Source: Candidatus Poribacteria bacterium (GTDB lineage Bacteria > Poribacteria > WGA-4E > PCPOR2b). From it: DNA of 64,000 nt. Every line of letters starts with the position of its first letter. Position 1 is the stretch's first letter. The stretch is taken from NCBI GenBank assembly GCA_965116925.1, contig OZ220744.1, positions 3,648,001 to 3,712,000 of the forward strand, given 5' to 3'. Positions 50,387 to 59,367 of the stretch are shown one piece after another. The notes beneath the pieces were generated by a model. The model was not told the DNA's origin. It did not search any database and saw only the letters and a program-made list of their open reading frames with translations. A program made the translations under genes and the position numbers.

Positions 50387-51548
50387 ATGCTTCATCGGTA
50401 GCAGTAGCTTCCTCTGACGGACTAAAGATTTGCTTTTCTACCAAGTATTGAAGCAAATCAGGAAGATCTTTTTTGGGGACATCTTTTATGGTTATATCCC
50501 CAATTTTCGTTGGCAGCACAAATCGCAAAGTGTTACCCCGCCGCTTTTTATCGTGTAACATCGGTTGAAGCAAGGGATCGATCGAAACACCTAACGCATC
50601 GGTCGGCAAGCCAATTCTGGACAATAACTTCAGTTGTCTCTCAGCATCTGCGTGAGGGAGAATTTCCGTCTTGACTGCAAGATATGAGGCAGCGACCATG
50701 CCCACAGAAACCGCTTCGCCGTGTAAATATCTGTGGTAAAGTGATTCCAGGGCGTGTCCAATCGTGTGCCCATAATTTAGAATCGCCCGGCGATCTGTTC
50801 GCTCTTCCGGATCCTCCTCCACAACCGCAATTTTGTGCTCACAGCATCTTCTGACAAGTTTTTCTAAAACATCGGGATCCTTCGCGATGATGTTCGCTAC
50901 GTTAGCTTCTATATAGTCAAATAGCTCACCGTCCATAATTACAGCATACTTAACCACTTCGGCAAGCCCCGCTCTTAACTCTCGCGCGTTGAGTGTTTGC
51001 AGAAAGCTAGCATCAATGCAGATCATTTTTGGATGGTAAAATCCGCCGACTATATTTTTAACTCTCGCCAGATTAATGGCAACCTTCCCGCCAAGACTGC
51101 TATCCGCTTGAGCGATGAGTGTAGTGGGAATATGCACCAACGGGAGTCCGCGCAGAAACGTGCTCGCAGCAAATCCAGCCAAATCGCCGATGACACCGCC
51201 ACCCATTGCGATAATCACGGATTGCCTATCCAACTGATGCTCCGCGAAGAAATCGTACAACATTCCAAGGCCCCAATACGATTTGGTTCTTTCCCCTTCT
51301 GGGATCGCCTCGACGATCAGATCTACTCCCATATTTGCGAGACTCTCAGAGATCTGGGCGATTTTAGCGGCGTGAACCTCTTCAATGGTTTGATTGGTCA
51401 CCAATAACGCTTGGGAGCAACGCGGCAGATGCTCCTTAAAGAGCGTCCCAAATTCAGGAATAATGTCGGTTCCAATATAGATGGGATATGTGGTTTTTTC
51501 GTCTATCGTTGTCCAGATAGGTTCGATTTTATTTTTTGTTGAGTTCAT
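50385..51548 (-). CDS. aroB: 3-dehydroquinate synthase
   Basis: GGGVIGDLAGF, PTTLIAQADSSLGGK, LNYGHTIGHALE, HGEAV, DKK. Confidence 0.96.
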   Translation of the reverse strand: MNSTKNKIEPIWTTIDEKTTYPIYIGTDIIPEFGTLFKEHLPRCSQALLVTNQTIEEVHAAKIAQISESLANMGVDLIVEAIPEGERTKSYWGLGMLYDFFAEHQLDRQSVIIAMGGGVIGDLAGFAASTFLRGLPLVHIPTTLIAQADSSLGGKVAINLARVKNIVGGFYHPKMICIDASFLQTLNARELRAGLAEVVKYAVIMDGELFDYIEANVANIIAKDPDVLEKLVRRCCEHKIAVVEEDPEERTDRRAILNYGHTIGHALESLYHRYLHGEAVSVGMVAASYLAVKTEILPHADAERQLKLLSRIGLPTDALGVSIDPLLQPMLHDKKRRGNTLRFVLPTKIGDITIKDVPKKDLPDLLQYLVEKQIFSPSEEATATDEA

Positions 51549-51668
51549 AATCTCCGACCATATTTTTGACGCAAGGACGCTAGGGTACAAAGACGCAAAG
51601 AGAAGAGCTGGAAACGAGAAAGAAATTATCTCATTTTCCCATCACTCCTGTTTTGTTGCTAGAGCCAT

Positions 51669-51776
51669 TATAGTGGATCTTAGAATTAATGAGACACTCC
51701 AAATCGGCGCAGTTGGAAACAGCACCTACCAAACATGGGGAGCGAAAGTGTCTATTTATTTTTTGAATTCACTATA
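51669..51776. mobile_element. TA-flanked MITE copy
   Basis: Near-identical to 21166 and 29771. Confidence 0.78.
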
Positions 51777-51781
51777 AAAGC

Positions 51782-52759
51782 CTACCCAGCCGTGAACCTG
51801 AACGGTTCTGAAACAGCGTCAAGTGTTTCTCGCACGGAATCATCGAGCGTCCAGCCAACTGCACCGATGTTATCGTTCAGGTGCTCGATTGTGTCTCCAC
51901 CGGTGATCGCGACTGTAATTTCCGGGTGAGATAGTACCCAAGCCAGTGCCAATTGTGCAGGGGTCACCCCCAATTCGCCCGCAAGTTTAATCACGGTCGA
52001 TATAACCTGACTCGCAGCCCCTTGGACTGCTGCTGGAAATTGATCTTGCAGCCGTGTTGCCCAGAGCGTCCCTTCCGGCGCAGGACGGTCCGGTGAATAG
52101 ATGCCGCTTAACAGTCCCACCGCCAACGGACTGTATACCATGACTCCCAACCCTTGATCCCGCACAAGTGCGAACATTTCGCCTTCAAGGTGCCGAGTCA
52201 GCAGATTGTATTGATTCTGGACGCACATATACGGCGTTGCATTATAGCGATCTGCGACCCACAAGCCCTTGCAGACCTGCCATGCCGCATAGTTACAACA
52301 TCCGACGTAGCGGACTTTGCCCGAATGAACGAGGTCATCCAATGCACGAACCGTCTCCTCAAGTGGAGTCGATTCATCGAACATGTGGACAAGGTAGACA
52401 TCAATATGGTCTGTGTCCAAGCGAGTCAACGATCTTTCGACTTCGCGCATGATATGGTATCTGGATAGCCCTATGTCGTTTGGTCCATCGCCTATTTGGC
52501 TGGCAACCTTCGAGGTAATCACAACATCATCGCGTTTGCCCTTCAGTGCTTTCCCCAGAATAACTTCTGAGCGACCAATATTAGCGCGATCATCCATTGT
52601 CCCGTATACGTTGGCGCAGTCAATCAGGTTAATCCCCTGATCAATTGTGTGTTCGATAACCCGCTGTGCCTCGGCTTCATCGCCCTGTCCTCTGAATCCT
52701 AAACCGAGTGCCAATCGACTCACCTGAACGCCAGCGTTTCCGAAGTTCACATATTCCAT
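51782..52759 (-). CDS. Aldo/keto reductase
   Basis: IDCANVY, SLTRLDTDHID, GKVRYVG, YSPLAVG. Confidence 0.92.
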   Translation of the reverse strand: MEYVNFGNAGVQVSRLALGLGFRGQGDEAEAQRVIEHTIDQGINLIDCANVYGTMDDRANIGRSEVILGKALKGKRDDVVITSKVASQIGDGPNDIGLSRYHIMREVERSLTRLDTDHIDVYLVHMFDESTPLEETVRALDDLVHSGKVRYVGCCNYAAWQVCKGLWVADRYNATPYMCVQNQYNLLTRHLEGEMFALVRDQGLGVMVYSPLAVGLLSGIYSPDRPAPEGTLWATRLQDQFPAAVQGAASQVISTVIKLAGELGVTPAQLALAWVLSHPEITVAITGGDTIEHLNDNIGAVGWTLDDSVRETLDAVSEPFRFTAG

Positions 52760-52784
52760 AACTTTTTTCGCCTTTCCAGCCGAG

Positions 52785-53558
52785 CTACGCCGCGCCTCGC
52801 AATGTCTCTAACTTTTGACTGACAGCTTCAAATAGCAGCGGTGCTGCGTTACCACAAGACAGCACACGGAACCCGCGCTTTATCGCCTCAATTCCATCGT
52901 CCAAGCCGCGGGTCGGGTAGCCGACAGCGATACCTTTTCGCGCAGCAGCAGCAAGCACCTTCTCAGAGGCTTCGGCGACTTTCTCGTGCAGAGGTTGCCC
53001 CGGTACACCCAACGAAGCTGCCAAGTCACTTGTCCCTACATTCAGGACATCAATACCTTCAACCTCGACAATTTCGGCGATATTGTCAATCGCTTCGGCA
53101 TCCTCAATCATCAATGATACCGAAATCTCATTGTTGATGTTCGCATAATATTCCGCCGACGACACCGCTCCGAACTTTATACCTCGACTTGGACCCACGC
53201 CGCGTTTGCCCTGCGGCGGGTAGAACGCACCATCCACCACATGCTGCGCCTCCTCTGCGGTGCGGATGTGTGGGACAAGTACCCCCATCGCGCCAAGATC
53301 GAGCGCGCGCATAATCCGCGCTTCATCGTTTTCGTGGACGCGAACAATCGGTGTGGTATCCGCAGCGTAGGCGGCAAGAACCATCCGCTCTATCTCTGTC
53401 CAGCCCATAGAACCGTGCTCTGCGTCAATTAGGACATAATCAACGCCGGCATATCCCATGACTTCAACAAGCCCCGGTTCAGGGAGACGTACACCGCCGC
53501 TTAACACCAATCCGCCGGCTGCTAATTTTTGCTTCAACTTATTCGTTCTGATACTCAT
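52785..53558 (-). CDS. HpcH/HpaI aldolase family protein
   Basis: IDAEHG, LDLGAMG, PPQGKRG, MIE, GTSDL. Confidence 0.9.
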   Translation of the reverse strand: MSIRTNKLKQKLAAGGLVLSGGVRLPEPGLVEVMGYAGVDYVLIDAEHGSMGWTEIERMVLAAYAADTTPIVRVHENDEARIMRALDLGAMGVLVPHIRTAEEAQHVVDGAFYPPQGKRGVGPSRGIKFGAVSSAEYYANINNEISVSLMIEDAEAIDNIAEIVEVEGIDVLNVGTSDLAASLGVPGQPLHEKVAEASEKVLAAAARKGIAVGYPTRGLDDGIEAIKRGFRVLSCGNAAPLLFEAVSQKLETLRGAA

Positions 53559-53657
53559 AATTAAATCTCCTTTGTGCGAATAATTTTTCTTTGCGTCGTT
53601 GCGTTAGATTTTCTTTCCCACTTTCACGTTTTCTCACTTTCATTTTTTATTATGATA

Positions 53658-53961
53658 ACCTAAGTTGCTAGTAGCCGGCATATTCAAACCAATAGACCCT
53701 AATCTCTGTACAAATTGTATCACTTCTGTAGGTCAATTTTCCAAAATCGACGGTTTGGTGTCGAGATGTGAATCTCGACCTACAGGTTCTAGTTACGTGA
53801 TGATACCATATACATGTCGCCCCGCTGGGGCTTTAAGGTTGATTTTATCCTGTCTTCTATATACATGTCGCCCCGCTGGGGCTATGAGTCGGGCAAGATG
53901 CCCGACCTACGGATATTGGGAGTCGCCTTTTACTGCGTCGTATATAACTAGCAACTTGCGT
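53658..53961. mobile_element. 304-bp IS982-like MITE with 7-bp target duplication, carrying REP hairpins
   Basis: TIRs ACCTAAGTTGCTAGT / ACTAGCAACTTGCGT; TATGATA at 53651-53657 and 53962-53968. Confidence 0.75.
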
Positions 53962-53972
53962 TATGATATAGA

Positions 53973-55178
53973 CTATGGGAGACGTTCCTCCTTCAACCGT
54001 TGAACTTCAGCCTCTGTCTCCTCGCTACGTACCGACGTTGGTCCCCAATGGTCGACGGTGCTCTGCCCCGGTTCGTCGCTCACGGTCACAATGGCGTCCG
54101 ATCTGTCCCGGACTTCGGGCTTTAGCCGTGTGCCGATCCCCGGTCGCTGCGGGGCGTGGAGGAAGCCCTCACGGATGTCTAGGTTTGGGTCAACGAACTC
54201 GTTATACCAGCCTTTGTGGAAAGCGGGCACATGCTCCTGTATCATAGCGTTTGCAGAACTCATACAGATGTGGGAACAGGCGAAGATATTCACAGGTCCC
54301 GTGGCATCGTGCGGGGCAAATGGCACCTGATGCGCCGAGGCAAGGATGGCGACCTTGTGCGTCTCCGAAACACCGCCGGTCCAGATTAAATCTGGCATAA
54401 CGATACGGGCGGAGCCGTTCTCAATGAACAGCCGAAGCTGCCACCGGCTGAGGAGACGTTCGGAAATGCAGACCGGCGTTTTCGTGGATTCTTGGAGTCG
54501 TAGGAGAGCTTCCGGGTTGAGCAGCGGCATCAGATCCTCCTGCCACATCATATCGTACGGCTCCATCGCTTGCGCGATCCGAATCGCTACGGGCAACGCC
54601 CACTTGCCGTGACCGTCATTGGCAATGTGCATCTCCAAGCCAACCGTATCCCGGATCTCACGGATTGGCTTGAGTGCTTGGTCAAGATCTTTTTGCGAAA
54701 GAAACTGACCATCGCTCGCAATCGCTAGCGGGATAGTGGGTCCTCCCTTAATTGCGTTGATGCCTTCATCAAGCAGCTGTTTTGCTGTCTCGCCCGCGCC
54801 TTCGTAAGGCATTGAGGTGGCGTAGACACGGATGCGCTTGCGAACTGCACCGCCGAGGAGCTCGTAGACCGGTAAGTCAACCGCTTGACCCTTTATGTCC
54901 CAGAGGGCGATGTCGAGTGCCGAAATCGCCCGCATCTCCGCTCCGCCGTACCCGGCATGATCGGACAGACGGAACATCGCCTCCCAGTGACGCTCAATCT
55001 CGAAAGGGTCACGTCCAATGAGGAGCGGTCCGAAAAAGTCGTGAATCGCCGCCTGAACTACCGATGGGGCATAAAAGGTCTCCCCCAAACCGACGATACC
55101 AGAGTCAGTGTGGACGTGGACCCAGATGTTGTGTGGCTGGGATTCGACACGGATGGTTTCGATCTGTGTAATCTTCAT
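53973..55178 (-). CDS. Mandelate racemase/galactonate dehydratase-like enolase-superfamily enzyme
   Basis: GLGET, DIALWDIKGQ, DGHG, WQED, SER, APH. Confidence 0.88.
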   Translation of the reverse strand: MKITQIETIRVESQPHNIWVHVHTDSGIVGLGETFYAPSVVQAAIHDFFGPLLIGRDPFEIERHWEAMFRLSDHAGYGGAEMRAISALDIALWDIKGQAVDLPVYELLGGAVRKRIRVYATSMPYEGAGETAKQLLDEGINAIKGGPTIPLAIASDGQFLSQKDLDQALKPIREIRDTVGLEMHIANDGHGKWALPVAIRIAQAMEPYDMMWQEDLMPLLNPEALLRLQESTKTPVCISERLLSRWQLRLFIENGSARIVMPDLIWTGGVSETHKVAILASAHQVPFAPHDATGPVNIFACSHICMSSANAMIQEHVPAFHKGWYNEFVDPNLDIREGFLHAPQRPGIGTRLKPEVRDRSDAIVTVSDEPGQSTVDHWGPTSVRSEETEAEVQRLKEERLP

Positions 55179-55222
55179 CACTTCTCCTTGGCGATTTTTT
55201 TCTTTTAGGGTGAGAGGGTAGG

Positions 55223-56113
55223 TCAATCTTTGGCTGCGTGATATTTTCTCGTGAAAGGTACGCACTCCAGATCCACATCTTTCCAGTAGTATTGGTACTT
55301 TTCTGATTGCCAATCCTGATAGATTTCTTCCCATGACATGCGATTGAAGTGCGGCAGGAGTGAACCCTCCGTAATCGGTTGGGATTGACCTTGATATCGA
55401 TAATCAACGGAAAGACGCAAGCGGTCTGTTGTTTGATTAGGGAGTGCCTTATGGACGGCGAGGCTTTGGAAAAGCAGAAAATCGCCAATTTGATAATCCG
55501 CCGAGACCCATACGAGGTTCAAATGATCGGTTTCCACGCCCAAGCCACCTGCCCCATCAGCCCGTATTGTCGGTAGGACGCTAAACTTATGGGACCCCGC
55601 GAGCACCGCCAAGCCGCCAAGATATTGCGGACAATCGCCCAAAGGGATCCAAGCGGTATAGGTCTCCTCCGTGCCCTGAATGTGAATATAGTCTTGATGG
55701 GCAGGTGTCGTATACCTGATATTTTCGGGAAATATAATCCGCCCGATATTTCGGGGATGGGGGAGTGTCGGTTCGCCAAACAACTTGTCGCAGACATCAA
55801 GAATTGAGGGATAGTGGGCAAAGGCGTGGAAAGATTCTAAGCTTTGAAAGTCGTCGAGGATGGGCCAATACTCCTCCTGCCCTTCCCGATACGGTCCTCC
55901 GTTTCGGATGCCGTCCATCACATCCGTTCCTGCTTTAATCCAACCGTGCCTGTCGCAGATTTCGAGAAAATCTCGGCGGAGTTGGAGAATCGTGTCAGGA
56001 TCAATCAGATTCCGAAAGAAAAGATACCCATCCCGTTTCGCATGATCCTGTAGCCTATCGGGTTGATCGAGCACATCATTCGATTCGACAAAAGGTTTGA
56101 TCTCAGTTGGCAT
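55223..56113 (-). CDS. Phytanoyl-CoA dioxygenase (PhyH) family protein
   Basis: DGYLFFR, PAHQD, AWIPLGD, GSH, HKALPN, RLSVDYR. Confidence 0.9.
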   Translation of the reverse strand: MPTEIKPFVESNDVLDQPDRLQDHAKRDGYLFFRNLIDPDTILQLRRDFLEICDRHGWIKAGTDVMDGIRNGGPYREGQEEYWPILDDFQSLESFHAFAHYPSILDVCDKLFGEPTLPHPRNIGRIIFPENIRYTTPAHQDYIHIQGTEETYTAWIPLGDCPQYLGGLAVLAGSHKFSVLPTIRADGAGGLGVETDHLNLVWVSADYQIGDFLLFQSLAVHKALPNQTTDRLRLSVDYRYQGQSQPITEGSLLPHFNRMSWEEIYQDWQSEKYQYYWKDVDLECVPFTRKYHAAKD

Positions 56114-56161
56114 AGGCCGCCTCGTTGATTGGAATTGTTGCAAATTGCGTAAAACGCACAT

Positions 56162-56190
56162 ATTATACAGCCTAGCCAAAAGCGTGTCAA
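56162..56190 (-). promoter_or_regulatory. Consensus sigma70 promoter TTGACA-17-TATAAT
   Basis: Exact hexamers on the minus strand; supports ATG 56113 as the start. Confidence 0.8.
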
Positions 56191-56210
56191 TTGGTAAGTC
56201 GCGAGAATTA

Positions 56211-56329
56211 GGGTCATTTAATTCTTCCGCAGCTCGATGTCTTGGTTGACGCAACGGCGGGGCAAGATGCCCCGCCTACGGGTTCAGGTCGTTCCAAAAT
56301 CAGTCAAAAAACCAAAAACTAAATGACCC
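56211..56329. mobile_element. Small TA-flanked TIR element with a REP hairpin
   Basis: TA-GGGTCATTTA...TAAATGACCC-TA enclosing GGCGGGGCAAGATGCCCCGCCTAC. Confidence 0.6.
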
Positions 56330-56384
56330 TACGCGGGAATGGAAATCTGTCGAGAATCGATTTATTACTCTCTGAATTGGAACG

Positions 56385-56413
56385 TTGACATTCTCCACCA
56401 AATATGATACATT
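56385..56413 (+). promoter_or_regulatory. Sigma70-type promoter TTGACA-17-TACATT with extended -10 TG
   Basis: Upstream of the 56469 gene. Confidence 0.55.
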
Positions 56414-56468
56414 TGACACATATTAACAGCTGAGACAATTGCCTTTCTTTGCAGGAGAGGATATTAGC

Positions 56469-57365
56469 ATGTACGTTGCGCTGACAGGAGCCACAGGGTT
56501 TGTCGGATCGTATACAGTCAGATCGCTTGTCGAAGCGGGGCACCGTATACGCGCGCTTGTACGACCGACAAGAGATGCTTCTTGGCTTGAGGAGTTAGGA
56601 ATCGAGATATGCAGGGGAGAAATGACCGATGAGGATGCACTACGCGCATTGGTTGAGGGGACGGACGTTGTCATCCATATCGCCTATGATTCTACGACAG
56701 AGAACCAACAACTTGAGTACCTCCGTTCCAATATCTTCGGATCACTGACACTACTTGAGTTATCCCGGCTCGCCGGTGTCCGTCAATTTATCTGTACAAC
56801 GAGCACCTACCTCCTCCGCCCCGATGTTTATACACCGGCGGATGTGTACCAAACGCCGATTACAGAGGATTCGCCGCTGGTATCTCCTCAAAGTACCTAT
56901 GTCATGTACAACACTGTCTTAGAATCGGCATGTCGGACATACTATGCACAGTTCGGCATGAACACGACCCCTTTCCGTTGTGCGTGGATATATGGCATTC
57001 ATCCGAATTTAGAGAAGACCGTCTGGCGCGACATCCTTGAGGCGGTTCAAACGGATACAAAGTACGTAAGCACATTCGGATGCGATGTTGTTGCTGTTGA
57101 TGACGTTGCAAGGGCCCTGACGGCGGCGGTGGATAACCCCGTAGCATTTGGTCAGGTCTTCAACCTGTGCGACCTGTTTGTGTATAACCAAGAATTGGCA
57201 CAGTTGGCACGCGAGGTAACCGGCAGTAAAGCAGAAGTTGTTCAATCCAAACTTCCGAAACCCGCGGAAATAGGCTCCGAGCGGATAAAAGAGTTGGGTG
57301 TAGATGTGCATCGAGGGATGGCTGGTATCCGCGCTTATTTTGAGGCACTGCACAAATTGATTTAG
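56469..57365 (+). CDS. NAD-dependent epimerase/dehydratase family protein
   Basis: TGATGFVG, ALVR, VIHIA, IYG; the usual YxxxK is altered (YVMYN). Confidence 0.85.
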   Translation: MYVALTGATGFVGSYTVRSLVEAGHRIRALVRPTRDASWLEELGIEICRGEMTDEDALRALVEGTDVVIHIAYDSTTENQQLEYLRSNIFGSLTLLELSRLAGVRQFICTTSTYLLRPDVYTPADVYQTPITEDSPLVSPQSTYVMYNTVLESACRTYYAQFGMNTTPFRCAWIYGIHPNLEKTVWRDILEAVQTDTKYVSTFGCDVVAVDDVARALTAAVDNPVAFGQVFNLCDLFVYNQELAQLAREVTGSKAEVVQSKLPKPAEIGSERIKELGVDVHRGMAGIRAYFEALHKLI

Positions 57366-57393
57366 CCCCTATCCAACACAGTATTCGATTAAA

Positions 57394-58347
57394 ATGGGTA
57401 CGCCGTTAAAAAACGATACAATCACTGCTATCAATGGCATCAAAGTTGGCAATGCGACAGATGAAAAGGCACGCACAGGCTGTACGGTGATTCTTTGTGA
57501 GTCTGGAGCCGTCGCCGGTGTTGATGTCCGAGGATCTGCCCCCGGCACTAGGGAGACCGATGCGATTCGTCCGGGGGGATTGGTGGAGAAAGTTCATGCA
57601 GTTTTACTCACTGGTGGCAGTGCGTTTGGATTGGATGCAGCGGGCGGGGTGATGCAGTTTCTTGAGGAGCGTGGTGTTGGATTCCCGGCGGGGCCAGTGC
57701 GTGTGCCAATTGTGCCAAGTGCTGTCATCTTTGATCTAGGGGTCGGCGATCCAAAAGTCCGTCCAGATCGGGAGATGGGCTATCGCGCCTGTGTGAACGC
57801 CACCAGTGCACAAGTTGAAATGGGACAGGTCGGTGCTGGAACAGGCGCGACAGTTGGGAAGGGCCCAGGACTTCAGCCATCAAACGGCGGCCTCGGATCA
57901 GCATGTCGCGCCTTGAAATCAGGACTAATCGTCGGGGCAATTGTCGTCGTCAACGCGGTCGGAAACATTTTTGATCCAGCGACAGGAAGAATTGTGGCAG
58001 GCGCGAAGCACCCGGAGACGGGGGAGTTTGTGGATATTGTAGAAAAGTTATCTGAACAGGGAGAGAGAGATTCATTTCAACCTACTCATACGAATACAAC
58101 CATCGGTGTCGTCGGGACAAACGCTGCCCTCTCCCCAACAGCAGTTACAAAAGTCGCGCAGCTAGCGCATGACGGTTTAGCGCGGACAATTCGCCCGGTG
58201 CACACCATGTCCGATGGTGATACAATTTTCGCGCTTTCGATCGGAACACACGACGCACCGGTCAATACTGTTGGGGTTATCGCAGCAGAGGTTATGGCAG
58301 AAGCAGTCTGTCGTGCCGCGAAACATGCGATGACATACGAGCACTAA
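57394..58347 (+). CDS. DmpA/P1-family peptidase (S58)
   Basis: DVRGSAPGTRET, GGSAFGL, GAGTGA, NTTIG, DGDTIF. Confidence 0.9.
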   Translation: MGTPLKNDTITAINGIKVGNATDEKARTGCTVILCESGAVAGVDVRGSAPGTRETDAIRPGGLVEKVHAVLLTGGSAFGLDAAGGVMQFLEERGVGFPAGPVRVPIVPSAVIFDLGVGDPKVRPDREMGYRACVNATSAQVEMGQVGAGTGATVGKGPGLQPSNGGLGSACRALKSGLIVGAIVVVNAVGNIFDPATGRIVAGAKHPETGEFVDIVEKLSEQGERDSFQPTHTNTTIGVVGTNAALSPTAVTKVAQLAHDGLARTIRPVHTMSDGDTIFALSIGTHDAPVNTVGVIAAEVMAEAVCRAAKHAMTYEH

Positions 58348-58805
58348 TCCTCATATCCATATTTTGATCCTGCGGGGAGAGGTTTGCGCAGAATACTTGA
58401 TTTCAGCTGTCTAACGGTATGGCGAATTGTGCCACTAAAGCCCTGCGATTCTTGCAAAATCTCAATCTGCTCTGCTTGCCGCTCAACCTGCTGGCTCAAG
58501 TGCATAATAATCGCCTGAGCGCGTTTGTTTGATACTTCGGAAGCGGTTTGCATCTGCTCAATCATGGCATCTGATCGCTTAATTTCCGATGCCATGCGGT
58601 CCTCCAGCAGCTCAATTTGAGTGTGGCTGTACTGGTTTTCCTCCGTCAATTTTTCAATCCGCGCATCTTTTTCGCGGACCAACGCCTGCAAATGGGCGAG
58701 TTCGTTGGCCCTCAGCGGGGACTGATGTGCCGAATCGCTTGGGCTTGATATTGGTATAATTTTCAGGATTTCTGTTGATTTAAGTGATGTATTAACCGTT
58801 GCCAT
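58344..58805 (-). CDS. Hypothetical coiled-coil protein
   Basis: AAGGAG RBS before ATG 58805; heptad-rich core. Confidence 0.7.
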   Translation of the reverse strand: MATVNTSLKSTEILKIIPISSPSDSAHQSPLRANELAHLQALVREKDARIEKLTEENQYSHTQIELLEDRMASEIKRSDAMIEQMQTASEVSNKRAQAIIMHLSQQVERQAEQIEILQESQGFSGTIRHTVRQLKSSILRKPLPAGSKYGYED

Positions 58806-59075
58806 TGTGTACTCCTTTGGCTCATATAAAAAGAAAGTGCAAAGCACGAAGAGAAGCCGTATGGGCGGGGTCTCCCGCCCATAATACGGGTTGGGAAACC
58901 CACCCCTATGAAAACTCGGTTTCTATTGCACCATTGTTTAACATGAGCCACTCCTTTTTCGTAATTCTGATCTTAATCTCCGATTCTCAATCACCAAACA
59001 CCTATGGTGTCCACGATGATAACGTGCTTGCTGAAGAATCCGTTTCAATTCCTGATCTCGACGTTTCATGATCTA

Positions 59076-59310
59076 ATGAAGATGAATTTATTAATTCGGT
59101 AATTTGCGGGCGATGTCCGGTGCGGTTAGATGAAAATTAAAAAAATAATTCGGTAATTTGCTAGCGACACCGGCGCGGTTGAAAACCGCGCCTACCGTGT
59201 GTTTCAAGGAAAATCGGGATTACCGACTTAAATACTTAAACTTCATGAAACCGCACCTACCGGGCCTGGGGGAAAATATAGAATTACCGAAGTATTTTCT
59301 GAAACCTCAT
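59076..59310. mobile_element. Self-nested pair of MITEs (inner 59130-59246)
   Basis: Four ends of the form ATGA-N16-TCGGTAAT in nested inverted arrangement. Confidence 0.7.
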
Positions 59311-59367
59311 CAGATCATAGAAACAACAAGGCTGCACGATAAATCCGCACAAACAAAAGGAAACAAT

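Noticed and set aside
59158..59367. N-terminal extensions of ORF-track calls (glnE, 33126 gene, 55223 gene, 4184 gene)
   Set aside because: They run through MITE/REP or promoter sequence; downstream starts with an RBS or promoter fit better.
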